64,000 bases of DNA from Clostridia bacterium (GTDB taxonomy: Bacteria; Bacillota; Clostridia; Acetivibrionales; UBA4821): NCBI GenBank assembly GCA_041687355.1, contig JAWLCD010000010.1, positions 2,371-66,370 of the forward strand, read 5' to 3'. Of this stretch, positions 17,298 to 28,064 are shown in pieces; the first letter of the stretch is position 1, and each line of letters starts with the position of its first letter. The notes below the pieces were generated by a model. The model was not told the DNA's origin, ran no database searches, and saw only the letters and a program-made list of their open reading frames with translations. The position numbers were made by a program, and so were the translations under genes.

Positions 17298-17484
17298 TTA
17301 TCCGATGATTACCGCCGCTAAGACTCCACTCTTCTTCATCTGGGAGACAAGCGGCGCTACGTCCCTGGATAACGGCTTCTAAGATTCAGATAAAGCACAC
17401 AAGGTGGACAATGATTTCTAAGTTATCAAAGATAACAAGAAATTATTAGCCAAAACTCCTCCTGAATCCAAGAATCCTGTTTAT
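17298..17484 (-). repeat. RepA copy A4 (187 nt, inverted orientation; 54-nt module in hairpin 1 at 17394-17447)
   Basis: Reverse complement of the RepA core. Lies between rpsP and ffh and contains the ffh stop codon. Confidence 0.9.
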
Positions 17485-18827
17485 CTAAAGAAAGGCATGT
17501 TGAACATTCCTTTCTTGGATTTCGTCATTGAGGTCATCTGCTTCATCATCTTTCTTAGTTCCTCAAATCGTTTTAGCAAACTGTTGATATCCTGTATGTT
17601 GGTGCCGCTTCCTGAAGCTATCCTTCTTTTCCTGCTGGCGTTGATTATTGAAGGGTCAACCCTTTCTTTCTTTGTCATTGACTGGATAATAGCCTCAAAA
17701 TGCACCAGCTTCTTTTCGTCTATATCTATACCCTTGAGCTGTTTAGGGGAGAGTCCGGGCATCATGCCAAGAATCTGGTCCAGAGGACCGATATTCTTCA
17801 TCTGCTGCATCTGTTCCAGAAAGTCTTCCAGTGTAAACTGCTGGGAGCGCAGCCTCTTCTCCATCTCCAGAGCTTTCTTTTCATCAAATACTTCCTGAGC
17901 TTTCTCTATTAAGCTCATTACATCTCCCATACCCAGAATTCGTGATGCCATTCTTTCAGGGTAGAAGGGTTCAAGCTCATTAAGTTTTTCACCCATACCG
18001 GCAAATTTTATGGGCTTCCCTGTAACTGTCTTTACAGAAAGTGCTGCACCGCCGCGAGTATCACCATCAAGCTTGGTTAGAACAATTCCATCAACCCCCA
18101 GTTTATCATTGAATGATTGAGCAACGTTAACAGCATCCTGACCGGTCATCGAATCGACCACAAGCAGTATTTCATGCGGTCTCACCGCTGACCTGATATC
18201 AACCAATTCGTTCATGAGTTCCTGGTCTATATGCAGTCTTCCCGCCGTATCGATAATAACAAGGTCGTATCCTTTGCTCTCTGCATGACCAAGCGCCTTA
18301 CGTGCAATTTCAACCGGCTTTTTACTATCATGATCTGCATATACGGGAATATCTAGCTGTTTACCTATAACCTCAAGCTGTTTAATGGCGGCCGGCCTGT
18401 ATACGTCACAGGCTGCCATCAACGGATTTTTTCCCTGTTTCCTCAGAAGCCCGGACAGTTTTCCACTTGTTGTGGTCTTACCTGAACCCTGAAGGCCAAC
18501 CATCATTACAACCGTCGGCGGCCTTGGGGAGAAAGATATCCGGCTTTCAGTTCCTCCAAGCAGTGCAACAAGTTCATCATGAATAATCTTTATAACCTGC
18601 TGACCTGGAGTCAGGCTCTCAAGTACATCCTGGCCAACTGCCTTCTGAGATACTATACCAATAAAGTCCTTCACTACTTTAAAGTTTACGTCAGCCTCCA
18701 GAAGAGCCAGCTTCACTTCTCTCATAACTTCTTTTATGTCTGATTCGGTTACTCTTGCCTTCCCTTTAAACTTTTGCACTATATTCTGCAGTTTTGAAGC
18801 CAATCCTTCAAATACCAAAATCATCAC
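17481..18827 (-). CDS. ffh: signal recognition particle protein
   Basis: GLQGSGKTTT, DTAGR and TKLDGD, with a Met-rich M domain. The stop codon lies in the terminal ATAAACAGG of RepA copy A4. Confidence 0.98.
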   Translation of the reverse strand: MMILVFEGLASKLQNIVQKFKGKARVTESDIKEVMREVKLALLEADVNFKVVKDFIGIVSQKAVGQDVLESLTPGQQVIKIIHDELVALLGGTESRISFSPRPPTVVMMVGLQGSGKTTTSGKLSGLLRKQGKNPLMAACDVYRPAAIKQLEVIGKQLDIPVYADHDSKKPVEIARKALGHAESKGYDLVIIDTAGRLHIDQELMNELVDIRSAVRPHEILLVVDSMTGQDAVNVAQSFNDKLGVDGIVLTKLDGDTRGGAALSVKTVTGKPIKFAGMGEKLNELEPFYPERMASRILGMGDVMSLIEKAQEVFDEKKALEMEKRLRSQQFTLEDFLEQMQQMKNIGPLDQILGMMPGLSPKQLKGIDIDEKKLVHFEAIIQSMTKKERVDPSIINASRKRRIASGSGTNIQDINSLLKRFEELRKMMKQMTSMTKSKKGMFNMPFFR

Positions 18828-18834
18828 CCTCAGT

Positions 18835-19197
18835 CTAGTGTTCTGTTATACTTTCAAGCATATTTTTTACAGAGTTAATCTTCAAAAAAGTCTCTTTCAT
18901 ATTCCTGCTCTTCAGTTCATCTTCTACTTCATTTACTATATTCAGTGCCTGTTCCAGCTTATACCTCTGCTCCAGAAATCTTTTGACCAGCCCCAGCTTA
19001 CTTTCCATATTGTACAAGACCTTTTCAGCCCGTTTAATATTATCATACACACCTTGCCTGGTAATACTAAGATTCTCTGCAATTTCTCCAAGACTTAAAT
19101 CATGGTCATAATACATGTGCAGTATTTCTTCCTGTCTCACTGTCAGCAGCTGTCCGTAAAAGTCAAGCATGAGACCTGCCTCTATTTTTTTCTCCAC
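18835..19197 (-). CDS. ylxM: YlxM/UPF0122 putative helix-turn-helix protein
   Basis: 120 aa with LTVRQEEILHMYYDHDLSLGEIAENLSITRQGVYD. Conserved upstream of ffh. Confidence 0.9.
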   Translation of the reverse strand: MEKKIEAGLMLDFYGQLLTVRQEEILHMYYDHDLSLGEIAENLSITRQGVYDNIKRAEKVLYNMESKLGLVKRFLEQRYKLEQALNIVNEVEDELKSRNMKETFLKINSVKNMLESITEH

Positions 19198-19220
19198 TTA
19201 TACCACCTGTTTATGGCTAT

Positions 19221-19266
19221 AAAATATGCTACTGTAAAGTAAAATTGCTTTACAGTAGCATATTTT
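19221..19266 (-). terminator. 19-bp perfect hairpin downstream of the MCP gene
   Basis: AAAATATGCTACTGTAAAG-TAAAATTG-CTTTACAGTAGCATATTTT. Confidence 0.75.
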
Positions 19267-19322
19267 AATTCAATAGTATAGATTTGTCAATCCTTTTGAA
19301 GTCTTGATTATAACTCTATCGG

Positions 19323-21047
19323 CTAGATATTTACTTTAAATTGGGCTACTTTCTCCCTTAAACTATCTGAGGTCACATCAAGCTTAACAGCCATCTGTTC
19401 AATCTGAGACAGTTTTGCAGCCTGCTCCTCTATGGACGCCGAGACCTCCTGAGTACTTGAAGCAGATTGCTCTGCAGCAGTAACCAGCGAACTCATTGCA
19501 GTAACAACCTCCTTACTGTTTTGGGCCTGATTCTGTGTTGCCTGTGATATCTCGTCAACCATCGCAGCAGCATGTTGAGCAGCTTCGATTATTCTCTTAA
19601 ATGATTCTTCGGTGTCATGGATTGATTGTGTTCCTTCTGCAACCTTGGCTGAGTTCAGTTCCATGGATTCTACTGCTTTGGCTGAAGACTGCTGAATTTC
19701 CTGAATAAGTCTTGCAATCTCTTTAGAAGCATTCGCGCTTTGCTCAGCCAGTTTTCGAATCTCATCCGCTACAACTGCAAAGCCTCTCCCCTGTTCACCA
19801 GCCCTTGCAGCCTCAATTGCTGCATTCAAGGCAAGCAGGTTGGTCTGGTCCGCAATCTCAGAAATCAAGTGAACTATCTCCCCTATTTGCGTAGACTTGC
19901 TTCCCAAATCTTTTATTATATGTGACAATCGGTTCACTGTATCATTAATCTCATTCATCTTCTCGATTGTAAAACCTACCGACTTGCCGCCATCCTGCGC
20001 GGAAGAGAATGTATTATCCGAAGCTTCCTTTACGCGTCCTGCTTTGTTTGCGATTTCCTGAATAAGCTTATCCAACTCAACAGTTGTCGACATTATTGAG
20101 TTAATGGTATCGGCTTGATCCTGAAATCCTCTTGCAAGTTCATCCGCAGTATGGGCAACCTGCTTTGATATTTCGGATGTTTCTGCAGTGCCCTCTGATA
20201 CCTTCCGTCCGAACTCGTTAACTTCTTCAGTTGCAGCGGAAACCGACCGTATGAGTTCACTCAGCTTTGCTGTTGCAGTATTAAAAGCTAATCCAAGGCT
20301 TCCAATCTCGTCTCTTGAACTTATTTTAACCGTCTGGGTGAGGTCTCCTGACGCCAGAAGGTTGTTTGCATTAACCAGTCTGTTTATAGGTTTTGTAAAG
20401 ATTCCGGCAACTGCTATACATATAATAATACATAGGACGATTACTAACATTGTAACTATAAGAATTGAAAAGAACAGGGTGCTTAGCTCACCATTAACAT
20501 GCTCCAAAGTATACCCTACAGCTACTACCCCCAGATTATAATTCAAACCTTCAATTCTTATAGGTACCATAACTTCATATACTTCGCTGCCATCTTTGTA
20601 TGCTAATACATTTTTTGAAACTTTTGTTATATTGTCAGGGTTCAGGGGTTGATTATTTACATTTACCTTTAATCCTTCCTTGGCCTTATCGGAATGCACA
20701 AGAGCTTTACCCGTGTCATCAGTAATATATGCATACGCAATATCATTTTGTACAGATGCTTGTTCTGTTTGTGCAGAACTATCTACTCCTGTTATTCCTT
20801 TCATAATATACCTGAGCGTTTTAAAATTCATGGTTAAGACGGCATCACTGCTTATCTCAGCAGCAGTCTGGGTTAATCTGGTACTCTGCTTCTCCAGATC
20901 ATTCCATAAGAGGTTTTTCTCATGGAAATAAACCACGGCTCCAGCAGCAGATATAATCAGACCCATTACAACTGAAAAAAATATTGCCAGTTTAAGTGAA
21001 AAGGATAGTGATACTTCTTTCTTCTGTTTCTTTATCTTATTAGACAC
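19323..21047 (-). CDS. methyl-accepting chemotaxis protein (two TM segments, extracytoplasmic sensor, HAMP, MA domain)
   Basis: 574 aa with the MA hairpin [39 protein letters not shown]. Confidence 0.93.
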   Translation of the reverse strand: MSNKIKKQKKEVSLSFSLKLAIFFSVVMGLIISAAGAVVYFHEKNLLWNDLEKQSTRLTQTAAEISSDAVLTMNFKTLRYIMKGITGVDSSAQTEQASVQNDIAYAYITDDTGKALVHSDKAKEGLKVNVNNQPLNPDNITKVSKNVLAYKDGSEVYEVMVPIRIEGLNYNLGVVAVGYTLEHVNGELSTLFFSILIVTMLVIVLCIIICIAVAGIFTKPINRLVNANNLLASGDLTQTVKISSRDEIGSLGLAFNTATAKLSELIRSVSAATEEVNEFGRKVSEGTAETSEISKQVAHTADELARGFQDQADTINSIMSTTVELDKLIQEIANKAGRVKEASDNTFSSAQDGGKSVGFTIEKMNEINDTVNRLSHIIKDLGSKSTQIGEIVHLISEIADQTNLLALNAAIEAARAGEQGRGFAVVADEIRKLAEQSANASKEIARLIQEIQQSSAKAVESMELNSAKVAEGTQSIHDTEESFKRIIEAAQHAAAMVDEISQATQNQAQNSKEVVTAMSSLVTAAEQSASSTQEVSASIEEQAAKLSQIEQMAVKLDVTSDSLREKVAQFKVNI

Positions 21048-21150
21048 ATTTTTCCCCTCCCTGAAATATAGGCCTGCTCTCCATTGTATTCCCCTTAACT
21101 TCTGCGGGGTGGCTTGCCACCCCGTCCAGAATAAACCATCACTAACCTTC

Positions 21151-22068
21151 TTACTTTATTCCCAGCATCTGCATAGCTTCACGAATCCACTGGTAATCTT
21201 CATCACTTACATCTGTGAATCCTGTATATTTGGGTTCAATTGTTTTTGCCAGTTCCTCATCCACTTCAAGCAAAGCATTCTTTAATTTTTCCTTTACCTG
21301 GGCATCCATCCCTGGCCTTATAGTATATGGGAATGTAGGAATCTCTGTCTTCCTTGCTATCTCCTTCAAGCCAACACCTTCATTTTTGTGTTTATCAAAG
21401 ACATGCGCCTTAACAGCACCTGCATGAAATTCGCCGCTTATTACAGCCTGGATAACATCATTCTGGCTTGTAATGTTTTTTGCCTCTGCAAAATCCTTTT
21501 CGAATATTCCAACTTTACTGTAGAGGTATTTGGGCGACAGGTTTGAAGAACAGGAGTCCTTGTCTCCAAAAGCCATCTTCTTACCCTTCATATCCTCTAG
21601 CTTGCTTATTAGGCTATCCTTTCTTACGAAAATAACTGACTCATAGAAGGCTTCGCCGCCTTCAAGCGCCTTTACAATTGCTTCACCACCGAAACCATCA
21701 TGGGCTTGTACATATGTAACCGGGCCAAGGCTTGCCATATCAATGGTACCGTCTCTCAGCCACTGAACAGCGTTTTCGTATGTAGGAGCCGGCTTAAACC
21801 TGACTTCCATATTAATCTTTTCACTCAGATAGTCACAAAGTGGCTTAAAGTTTTTAACCATAATTTCAGGGTCTTCCAAACCAATTGCACTGATTGTAAA
21901 TATTTCCTTACTTCCAGTCTGGTCGGATTGGTCAGAATTCTGTATCTGCTCACCGCCAGCCTGTCCCTCCGGCCCTGCAGCAGGTGTCTTGCCTCCGCAC
22001 GCGGTAAAAAGAAATACTGCTAGTGCAACTACCAACATAAGACTTGACAGCTTTAGTAACTTGCTCAT
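21151..22068 (-). CDS. PhnD-family (phosphate/phosphonate-type) ABC substrate-binding lipoprotein, orphan
   Basis: Lipobox LFTAC-G, then [12 protein letters not shown]...[23 protein letters not shown]. No permease or ATPase gene is adjacent. Confidence 0.8.
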   Translation of the reverse strand: MSKLLKLSSLMLVVALAVFLFTACGGKTPAAGPEGQAGGEQIQNSDQSDQTGSKEIFTISAIGLEDPEIMVKNFKPLCDYLSEKINMEVRFKPAPTYENAVQWLRDGTIDMASLGPVTYVQAHDGFGGEAIVKALEGGEAFYESVIFVRKDSLISKLEDMKGKKMAFGDKDSCSSNLSPKYLYSKVGIFEKDFAEAKNITSQNDVIQAVISGEFHAGAVKAHVFDKHKNEGVGLKEIARKTEIPTFPYTIRPGMDAQVKEKLKNALLEVDEELAKTIEPKYTGFTDVSDEDYQWIREAMQMLGIK

Positions 22069-22343
22069 GTTCTTCCTCCTTTTTTCTGTTTGGTTTAGTT
22101 TTATTATGGGAATACAATGAAGCAGCGCAAAAAAACTAGTTATAACGGCAGTTAAATGTTGGGTGCAGTGTAGAAGATTGGTCTAATTGTGCTATTCATA
22201 AAGTGAATGGAGTGTTTACTCAACGACTCAGCTAAATTATTAATTCTACAATTCTCTGTAAATTCCTTCATAATTTCTGTTGAATTTTAAAAAAACAACA
22301 AAATATTTTTAGTTTTTTTACAAACAAAAAATGTTTTACATAA

Positions 22344-23573
22344 TTAGCCTACCAGCCTTCTCCGGATAATGTCCAGAGTATGCATGGTTGTTATCATTCT
22401 GACTCTGTCCCTATCTCCGGAAATTCTGAGTTCAAAGCTTTCAGCACCTTTACTATCAGCCAAACCTATATATACAAGTCCAACCGGTTTACTTTCGGTT
22501 CCTCCTCCCGGCCCGGCTATACCTGTAACGCTGAGCCCAAGGTCTGTCCCTGCCCTATCCCTGATTCCGATTGCCATCTGCAAGGCAGTTTCATGACTGA
22601 CCGCCCCGAATTCCTTCAGGGTGGTCTCTCTTACTCCAAGCAAATCAATCTTGGAACAATTGGAGTAACTAACCACCGAGCGTTCGAATACCTCGGATGA
22701 ACCTGGAACATCGGTTAGTTTGGAAGCTATAAGTCCTCCTGTGCATGACTCTGCAAGCGAAATAGTTTTTCTTTTCTTTCTAAGAATGTTTACCACTTCT
22801 TCTTGAAGGGTTCTGCCTTCGGTGCTGTATATATAATCCCCAAGTCTGCCCTGAATCTTTTTAATAACTGGTACCAGTTTCCTTTCAGCTGTTCCCTTGT
22901 TCCTGGCTTTTGCCGTTATCCTGAGAATAACTTCACCTTCACTGACATAAGGCGCAATTGTCGGATTTGTCTGCTCTTGAATCAGGTCTATTATCTTCTC
23001 TTCAACTGTAGATTCACCTATACCGAAAATCTTTATATATTTTGAAAGTATCGTTTCCTGATATTTACTTAAATTATCATTGATAAACCTATCAAACATA
23101 GGACTCATTTCAGATGGTGGACCGGGCAGGAGGACAATTGTCCTGTCGTTGGACTTAACTACGCACCCTGGTGCAGTTCCATTTTTATTTATCAGTACAG
23201 TGGCCCCCTTGGGAAACATTGCTTGCTTGAGGTTACCCTCAGCCATGTCCCGGTTTTTATTCTTAAAGAATTTACGGATTCTTTCTTCGCTCTCCTTATG
23301 TATCTGTAAGCTTAAACCACAAACCTCAGAAACAGTCTCCTTGGTTATATCATCCTTTGTTGGCCCCAGCCCTCCGGTAACTATTATCAAATCCGATCTT
23401 TCCAGAGCCAGTTTCAGCGTTTGGGCAAGTCTAAGCCTGTTATCCCCTACAACGCTGTGGTAATATACGTTTATTCCTGCTTCTGCAAGCCTCTGTGATA
23501 TGTACTGTGCATTGGTATTGGCAATCTGGCCTATCAAAAGTTCAGTTCCAACAGCAATAATCTCAGCGTTCAT
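22344..23573 (-). CDS. cinA: competence/damage-inducible protein CinA (NMN amidohydrolase family)
   Basis: MNAEIIAVGTELLIGQIANTNAQYIS, with a C-terminal ESCTGGLIA motif. Confidence 0.94.
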   Translation of the reverse strand: MNAEIIAVGTELLIGQIANTNAQYISQRLAEAGINVYYHSVVGDNRLRLAQTLKLALERSDLIIVTGGLGPTKDDITKETVSEVCGLSLQIHKESEERIRKFFKNKNRDMAEGNLKQAMFPKGATVLINKNGTAPGCVVKSNDRTIVLLPGPPSEMSPMFDRFINDNLSKYQETILSKYIKIFGIGESTVEEKIIDLIQEQTNPTIAPYVSEGEVILRITAKARNKGTAERKLVPVIKKIQGRLGDYIYSTEGRTLQEEVVNILRKKRKTISLAESCTGGLIASKLTDVPGSSEVFERSVVSYSNCSKIDLLGVRETTLKEFGAVSHETALQMAIGIRDRAGTDLGLSVTGIAGPGGGTESKPVGLVYIGLADSKGAESFELRISGDRDRVRMITTMHTLDIIRRRLVG

Positions 23574-23708
23574 TTATTTCCTCCATGGATTTGTTGTACC
23601 CTATTATAGTATTTCATAAATCTATTATTATTCTACCACCTTAAGTAGAAATGGGACACCTGCAGTTGAGGCATCCCATTTTCATCACCAATTCTAAAAA
23701 CTCTATCT

Positions 23709-24944
23709 TTAATACTTCTTAAGAACAATTGTAGCATTGTGCCCGCCAAATCCAAGTGAATTGGATAAAGCATAGCCAATGTCTGCATTCCTTCCCTTAT
23801 TAGGCACATAATCAAGGTCGCATTCAGGGTCAGGATTTGTATAGTTTATTGTTGGTGGAAGGAATCCGTCCTTAAGAGCATATGCCGAAATAATGGCCTC
23901 TATGGCTCCTGCGGCACCCAGCAGGTGTCCGGTCATGGATTTTGTTGAGCTAACTGCCAGCTTATATGCGTGTTCACCAAACACTGTTTTTATTGCCTCT
24001 GTTTCGAGCTTGTCATTTAACGGTGTAGATGTTCCGTGCGCATTTATATAGCCCACTTCCTCAGGAGATATACCTGCATCCTTGACAGCCATAGCCATAG
24101 CCCTTGCTCCGCCCTCTCCCTCAGGGGCTGGTGCAGTTATGTGGTAGGCATCGCATGTTGAACCGTAGCCAACTATCTCTGCCAGTATATTGGCACCCCT
24201 TTTGACAGCATGCTCATATTCCTCAACTATTAGAATACCAGCTCCCTCACTCATTACAAATCCGTCTCTCTCAGCGTCAAACGGCCTGCTTGCAGTCTTC
24301 GGATCATCGTTTCTTCTGGACATGGCTTTCATAGAACAGAATCCGGCAAACGCAATGGGTGTTATAGGTGCTTCTGTTCCACCTGTAACAACAATATCTG
24401 CATCGCCTCTCTGAATACACTTGAAAGCATCCCCAACAGCATTTGTCCCAGATGCACAGGCGGTTACCACCGTTTCATTTACTCCCTTTGCTCCAAGGGC
24501 GATTGCTATCTGACCTGCTGCCATGTTTGCAATCATCATCGGTATAAAGAACGGACTTATCCTCTCCGGACCCTTATTCAATAGAACTTCATGCTGGTCC
24601 TCAAGTGTCTCAATTCCTCCGATTCCTGACCCCAATATTACACCCATCCTGTTTTTATCAACTGCTTCAAGGTCAATACCTGAATCTTCAACTGCCATTC
24701 TGGCCGCAGCAACTGCAAACTGGGTATATCTGTCCATTCTCTTGGCTTCTTTTTTATCTATATACTGCTCCGGTTCAAAGTCTCTGATTTCGCCGGCAAC
24801 CTGTGTAGTGTATTTTGTATAGTCTATCCTTGATACCTGGTCAATTCCGGACTTGCCTTCTTTAATGGCATTCCAGAACTTCTGTGTTCCAATCCCAACA
24901 GGTGTTATAACACCTGTTCCAGTGATAACCACTCTTTTTTTCAT
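23709..24944 (-). CDS. fabF: 3-oxoacyl-ACP synthase II
   Basis: Active-site ACASG, plus HGTSTPLND and GHLLGAAG. Confidence 0.97.
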   Translation of the reverse strand: MKKRVVITGTGVITPVGIGTQKFWNAIKEGKSGIDQVSRIDYTKYTTQVAGEIRDFEPEQYIDKKEAKRMDRYTQFAVAAARMAVEDSGIDLEAVDKNRMGVILGSGIGGIETLEDQHEVLLNKGPERISPFFIPMMIANMAAGQIAIALGAKGVNETVVTACASGTNAVGDAFKCIQRGDADIVVTGGTEAPITPIAFAGFCSMKAMSRRNDDPKTASRPFDAERDGFVMSEGAGILIVEEYEHAVKRGANILAEIVGYGSTCDAYHITAPAPEGEGGARAMAMAVKDAGISPEEVGYINAHGTSTPLNDKLETEAIKTVFGEHAYKLAVSSTKSMTGHLLGAAGAIEAIISAYALKDGFLPPTINYTNPDPECDLDYVPNKGRNADIGYALSNSLGFGGHNATIVLKKY

Positions 24945-24992
24945 GATACCCCCTCCTTCGAAAGGACTTTAAAATAAAAAGCCGTAATATTT

Positions 24993-25018
24993 AAAAAAGT
25001 CCCGTCGGGGACTTTTTT
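24993..25018. terminator. bidirectional-type hairpin between acpP and fabF
   Basis: AAAAAA-GTCCC-GTCG-GGGAC-TTTTTT. The T-run overlaps the acpP stop codon. Confidence 0.7.
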
Positions 25019-25244
25019 ATGAGTTATTTTTGATGTACTCCACTACATCCGCGACTGTCGAAATTTTCTCGGCCTCCTCATCCGGTATCTCTAAATCGAA
25101 TTCCTCTTCCAGAGCCATTATCAGCTCAACTATGTCCAGTGAATCTGCACCTAAATCATCAATGAAGGAAGATTCCATTGTTACATCCTCTTCTTCTACA
25201 CCAAGCTGGTCAACTACAATTTCCCTTACTTTTTCGAAAATCAT
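25017..25244 (-). CDS. acpP: acyl carrier protein
   Basis: 75 aa with the phosphopantetheine site DLGADSLD. Confidence 0.97.
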   Translation of the reverse strand: MIFEKVREIVVDQLGVEEEDVTMESSFIDDLGADSLDIVELIMALEEEFDLEIPDEEAEKISTVADVVEYIKNNS

Positions 25245-25324
25245 TTGTTCACCCCCCTTCCACGGCCAAGTGCTATATTGATAATATTATATAACCTCCA
25301 TATCGTCAATCTAAAAAGATAATA

Positions 25325-26068
25325 TTACATAACCATCCCACCGTCAACATTTATTACCTGTCCAGTAATATAGTTTGACTTATCTGATGCCAGAAAAGCA
25401 ACGAGGTTTGCCACATCTTCAGGCGTCCCGAACCTCTTGAGTGGAATATTCCTCATGTATTCTTCCTTTACAGCATCGGATAATTTTGCTGTCATTCTCG
25501 ACTCAATTAAACCTGGTGCAACAGCATTTACAGTAATACCCCTTGATGCAAGTTCCTTTGCCACTGCCTTGGTAAAACCTATCATGCCTGCTTTGGATGA
25601 GGAGTAATTTGCCTGTCCGGCAGCTCCTACAACTCCCGAAACAGAAGCAATGTTAATTATCTTTCCTGACCTCTGCTTCATCATTATCTTTGCTGCTGCC
25701 TTAGTGCAGTTAAAGACACTTTTCAGGTTGGTATCAAGCACTTCATTCCATTCTTCTTCACTCATCCTTACAACCAAATTATCCCTCGTTATTCCTGCAT
25801 TATTCACAAGTATATCGATAGAATCAAAATTTTTCTGAATAGTATCAAACATTTTTTGTGCTTCAACCAGACTGCCAACATTGCATTTTACGGTCAGAAC
25901 CTTTACTCCTTTTGCTTTTAATTCTTTTTCAACCTCATCAACAGCATCCGAAGCCTGGGTAGAATTCAGCACAATGTTTGCTCCCATTTCAGCCAGTGCA
26001 AAAGCTGCTGCCCTTCCTATTCCTCTACTGCTTCCAGTAACTACAGCAGTCTTTCCCTTCAATTCCAT
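25325..26068 (-). CDS. fabG: 3-oxoacyl-ACP reductase
   Basis: TGSSRGIG, NNAG and YSSSKAG. Start moved to the ATG at 26068 (MELKGKTAVVTG), which has an AAAGGGGGG RBS. Confidence 0.95.
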   Translation of the reverse strand: MELKGKTAVVTGSSRGIGRAAAFALAEMGANIVLNSTQASDAVDEVEKELKAKGVKVLTVKCNVGSLVEAQKMFDTIQKNFDSIDILVNNAGITRDNLVVRMSEEEWNEVLDTNLKSVFNCTKAAAKIMMKQRSGKIINIASVSGVVGAAGQANYSSSKAGMIGFTKAVAKELASRGITVNAVAPGLIESRMTAKLSDAVKEEYMRNIPLKRFGTPEDVANLVAFLASDKSNYITGQVINVDGGMVM

Positions 26069-26108
26069 TTTTATTCCCCCCTTTCTACAACTTTCTTCTT
26101 TGAGCTTG

Positions 26109-27050
26109 CTAACTGTTCGCCTCCAGGTGTTCCAATGTCTTATTAAGCGATTCAATATCTTCAACATTTAGGATAGTAACTTCTTTATTTATTTTTTTCA
26201 CAAAACCGCTTAGCACCTTACCTGGGCCTATCTCAACAAATGTGTCCACCCCCTGGTCTATCATGCGGTTAACTGAATCCTCCCATAAAACCGGACTGCT
26301 GACCTGTTTAATAAGAAGGCTTCTTACATCTTCCTCTGACTCTATATATTCTCCGGTTACATTTGAGATTACCGGAATATCCATTGCATTCAACTGAATA
26401 TCTGCAAGTGCCAGCGCAAGATTTTCACCTGCCGGCTTCAACAAACTGCAGTGAAATGGTGCACTAACAGGTAAGATGACCGCACGCTTTGCGCCCTTTT
26501 CCTTTGCAAGCTCCAAAGCCTTCTCAACCGCTTCAATATGTCCGGCAATTACAATCTGACCAGGACAGTTGAAGTTCGCAGGCTCTACAATTCCTATGTC
26601 TGACGTCTGCCTGCAGCATTCAATTACATCTCCTTTTTCAAGGCCCAGAACAGCCGCCATTGTTCCAACTCCCACAGGTACAGCCTCCTGCATAAACTTG
26701 CCTCTTTTTCTGACCAGTCTGACAGCATCCTCAAAAGTAAATGTTCCTGATGCCACATGGGCCGAGTACTCTCCCAGACTCAGTCCGGCAGTAACATAAG
26801 GCTTTATGCCTTTATCAACCAGAGGCTTAAGACATGCTATACTCGTGGTTAAGATAGCCGGCTGAGTATTTTCAGTGATTTTCAGTGTTTCTTCTTCACC
26901 ATTAAACACCATATCTCTTATATTGAATCCAAGAGCCTCAGAAGCTTCATCAAATATTCTGCCTGCGGAATGGTACGCTTCTGCGATTTCCTTCCCCATC
27001 CCTATGTACTGTGCTCCCTGTCCGGAAAATATAAATGCTGTTTTACCCAA
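26109..27050 (-). CDS. fabD: malonyl CoA-ACP transacylase
   Basis: FSGQGAQYIGMG, GLSLGEYSA and APFH. Confidence 0.96.
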   Translation of the reverse strand: MGKTAFIFSGQGAQYIGMGKEIAEAYHSAGRIFDEASEALGFNIRDMVFNGEEETLKITENTQPAILTTSIACLKPLVDKGIKPYVTAGLSLGEYSAHVASGTFTFEDAVRLVRKRGKFMQEAVPVGVGTMAAVLGLEKGDVIECCRQTSDIGIVEPANFNCPGQIVIAGHIEAVEKALELAKEKGAKRAVILPVSAPFHCSLLKPAGENLALALADIQLNAMDIPVISNVTGEYIESEEDVRSLLIKQVSSPVLWEDSVNRMIDQGVDTFVEIGPGKVLSGFVKKINKEVTILNVEDIESLNKTLEHLEANS

Positions 27051-28064
27051 TCAAATCATTCCTTTCTCTTTCTTCCATCTGACTACTGCTGAACCCCATG
27101 TTAGTCCGCCACCAAAGCCTACAAGCACTATCAGTGCCCCACTTTTCACTCTGCCTTCCTTTGTCGCTTCATCTAATGCCACAGGTATTGAGGCTGCAGA
27201 CATGTTCCCATACTTATGTATATTGCTGAATATCTTTTCATGGCTTACTCCCAATCTCTTTGCAGCACCTTCCAGTATTCTGATATTAGCCTGGTGAGGT
27301 ATTATCAAGTCAACATCACTAATGTCCAGGTTCAAATCCTTAAGTGCTTTATTTGTGGCCGAAGCCATAACCCTGACGGCGAATTTGAACACTTCACTTC
27401 CATCCATCCAGATTGACCTGTAATTATCTGATTTTCTTTTCTCAATTTCTTCAGGGGCAATATAACATGATGGTGCAGTCAGATACTTACCCACAGTACC
27501 ATCAGCCCCAATATTTGTCGATAGAATTCCGTGACCATTTCCAACGTCCTCGAGAACTACAGCGCCGGCTCCATCACCGAATAGCACACATGTATTCCTG
27601 TCGGTCCAATCCACTAAAGAACTCAGCTTATCTGCCCCGATTACCAGTGCATTCCTATAGTAGCCGGTCAGAATAAACTGGCTCGCCACCGTTAATCCGT
27701 ATATGAATCCGGTACATGCTGCATTTATATCAAAAGCAGCTGCCTTCACAGCCCCGAGCTTTTCCTGAACTTTACAGGCAGTCGACGGAGTATACATATC
27801 TGAAGTTATTGTAGCAGTAATTATCAGGTCAATATCCTCAGGCTTAATACCTGCATCTGCTATTGCCTTGCGCGCAGCTTCATAGGCCATATCCGATGTC
27901 GCAATACTGTCTCCTGCTATTCTTCTTTGCTCAATACCTGTTCTGGTCTTTATCCACTCATCTGAAGTTTCGACCATTTTTTCCAGGTCGAGGTTGGTTA
28001 ACACCTTGTCTGGTACCCAGCTTCCAACCCCTGTAATTCCAACGTTTCTACTGGCCTGAATCAT
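27051..28064 (-). CDS. fabH: 3-oxoacyl-ACP synthase III
   Basis: Contains AACTGF, HQANIRI and GFGGGLTWG. Start at the ATG at 28064 with a GGAGGGA RBS. Confidence 0.95.
   Translation of the reverse strand: MIQASRNVGITGVGSWVPDKVLTNLDLEKMVETSDEWIKTRTGIEQRRIAGDSIATSDMAYEAARKAIADAGIKPEDIDLIITATITSDMYTPSTACKVQEKLGAVKAAAFDINAACTGFIYGLTVASQFILTGYYRNALVIGADKLSSLVDWTDRNTCVLFGDGAGAVVLEDVGNGHGILSTNIGADGTVGKYLTAPSCYIAPEEIEKRKSDNYRSIWMDGSEVFKFAVRVMASATNKALKDLNLDISDVDLIIPHQANIRILEGAAKRLGVSHEKIFSNIHKYGNMSAASIPVALDEATKEGRVKSGALIVLVGFGGGLTWGSAVVRWKKEKGMI

Noticed and set aside
17303-17380. Short ORF inside RepA read on the complementary strand (MTTAAKTP..., 12-25 codons)
   Set aside because: There is no RBS. 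The length and C-terminus differ between copies because the variable apex changes the frame. The conserved start is explained by the conserved stem sequence.
23633-23815. 60-aa minus-strand ORF spanning the fabF 3' end and the cinA upstream spacer
   Set aside because: It overlaps the fabF C-terminus out of frame. It has no RBS, and the region contains a hairpin (23649-23681) consistent with non-coding spacer.
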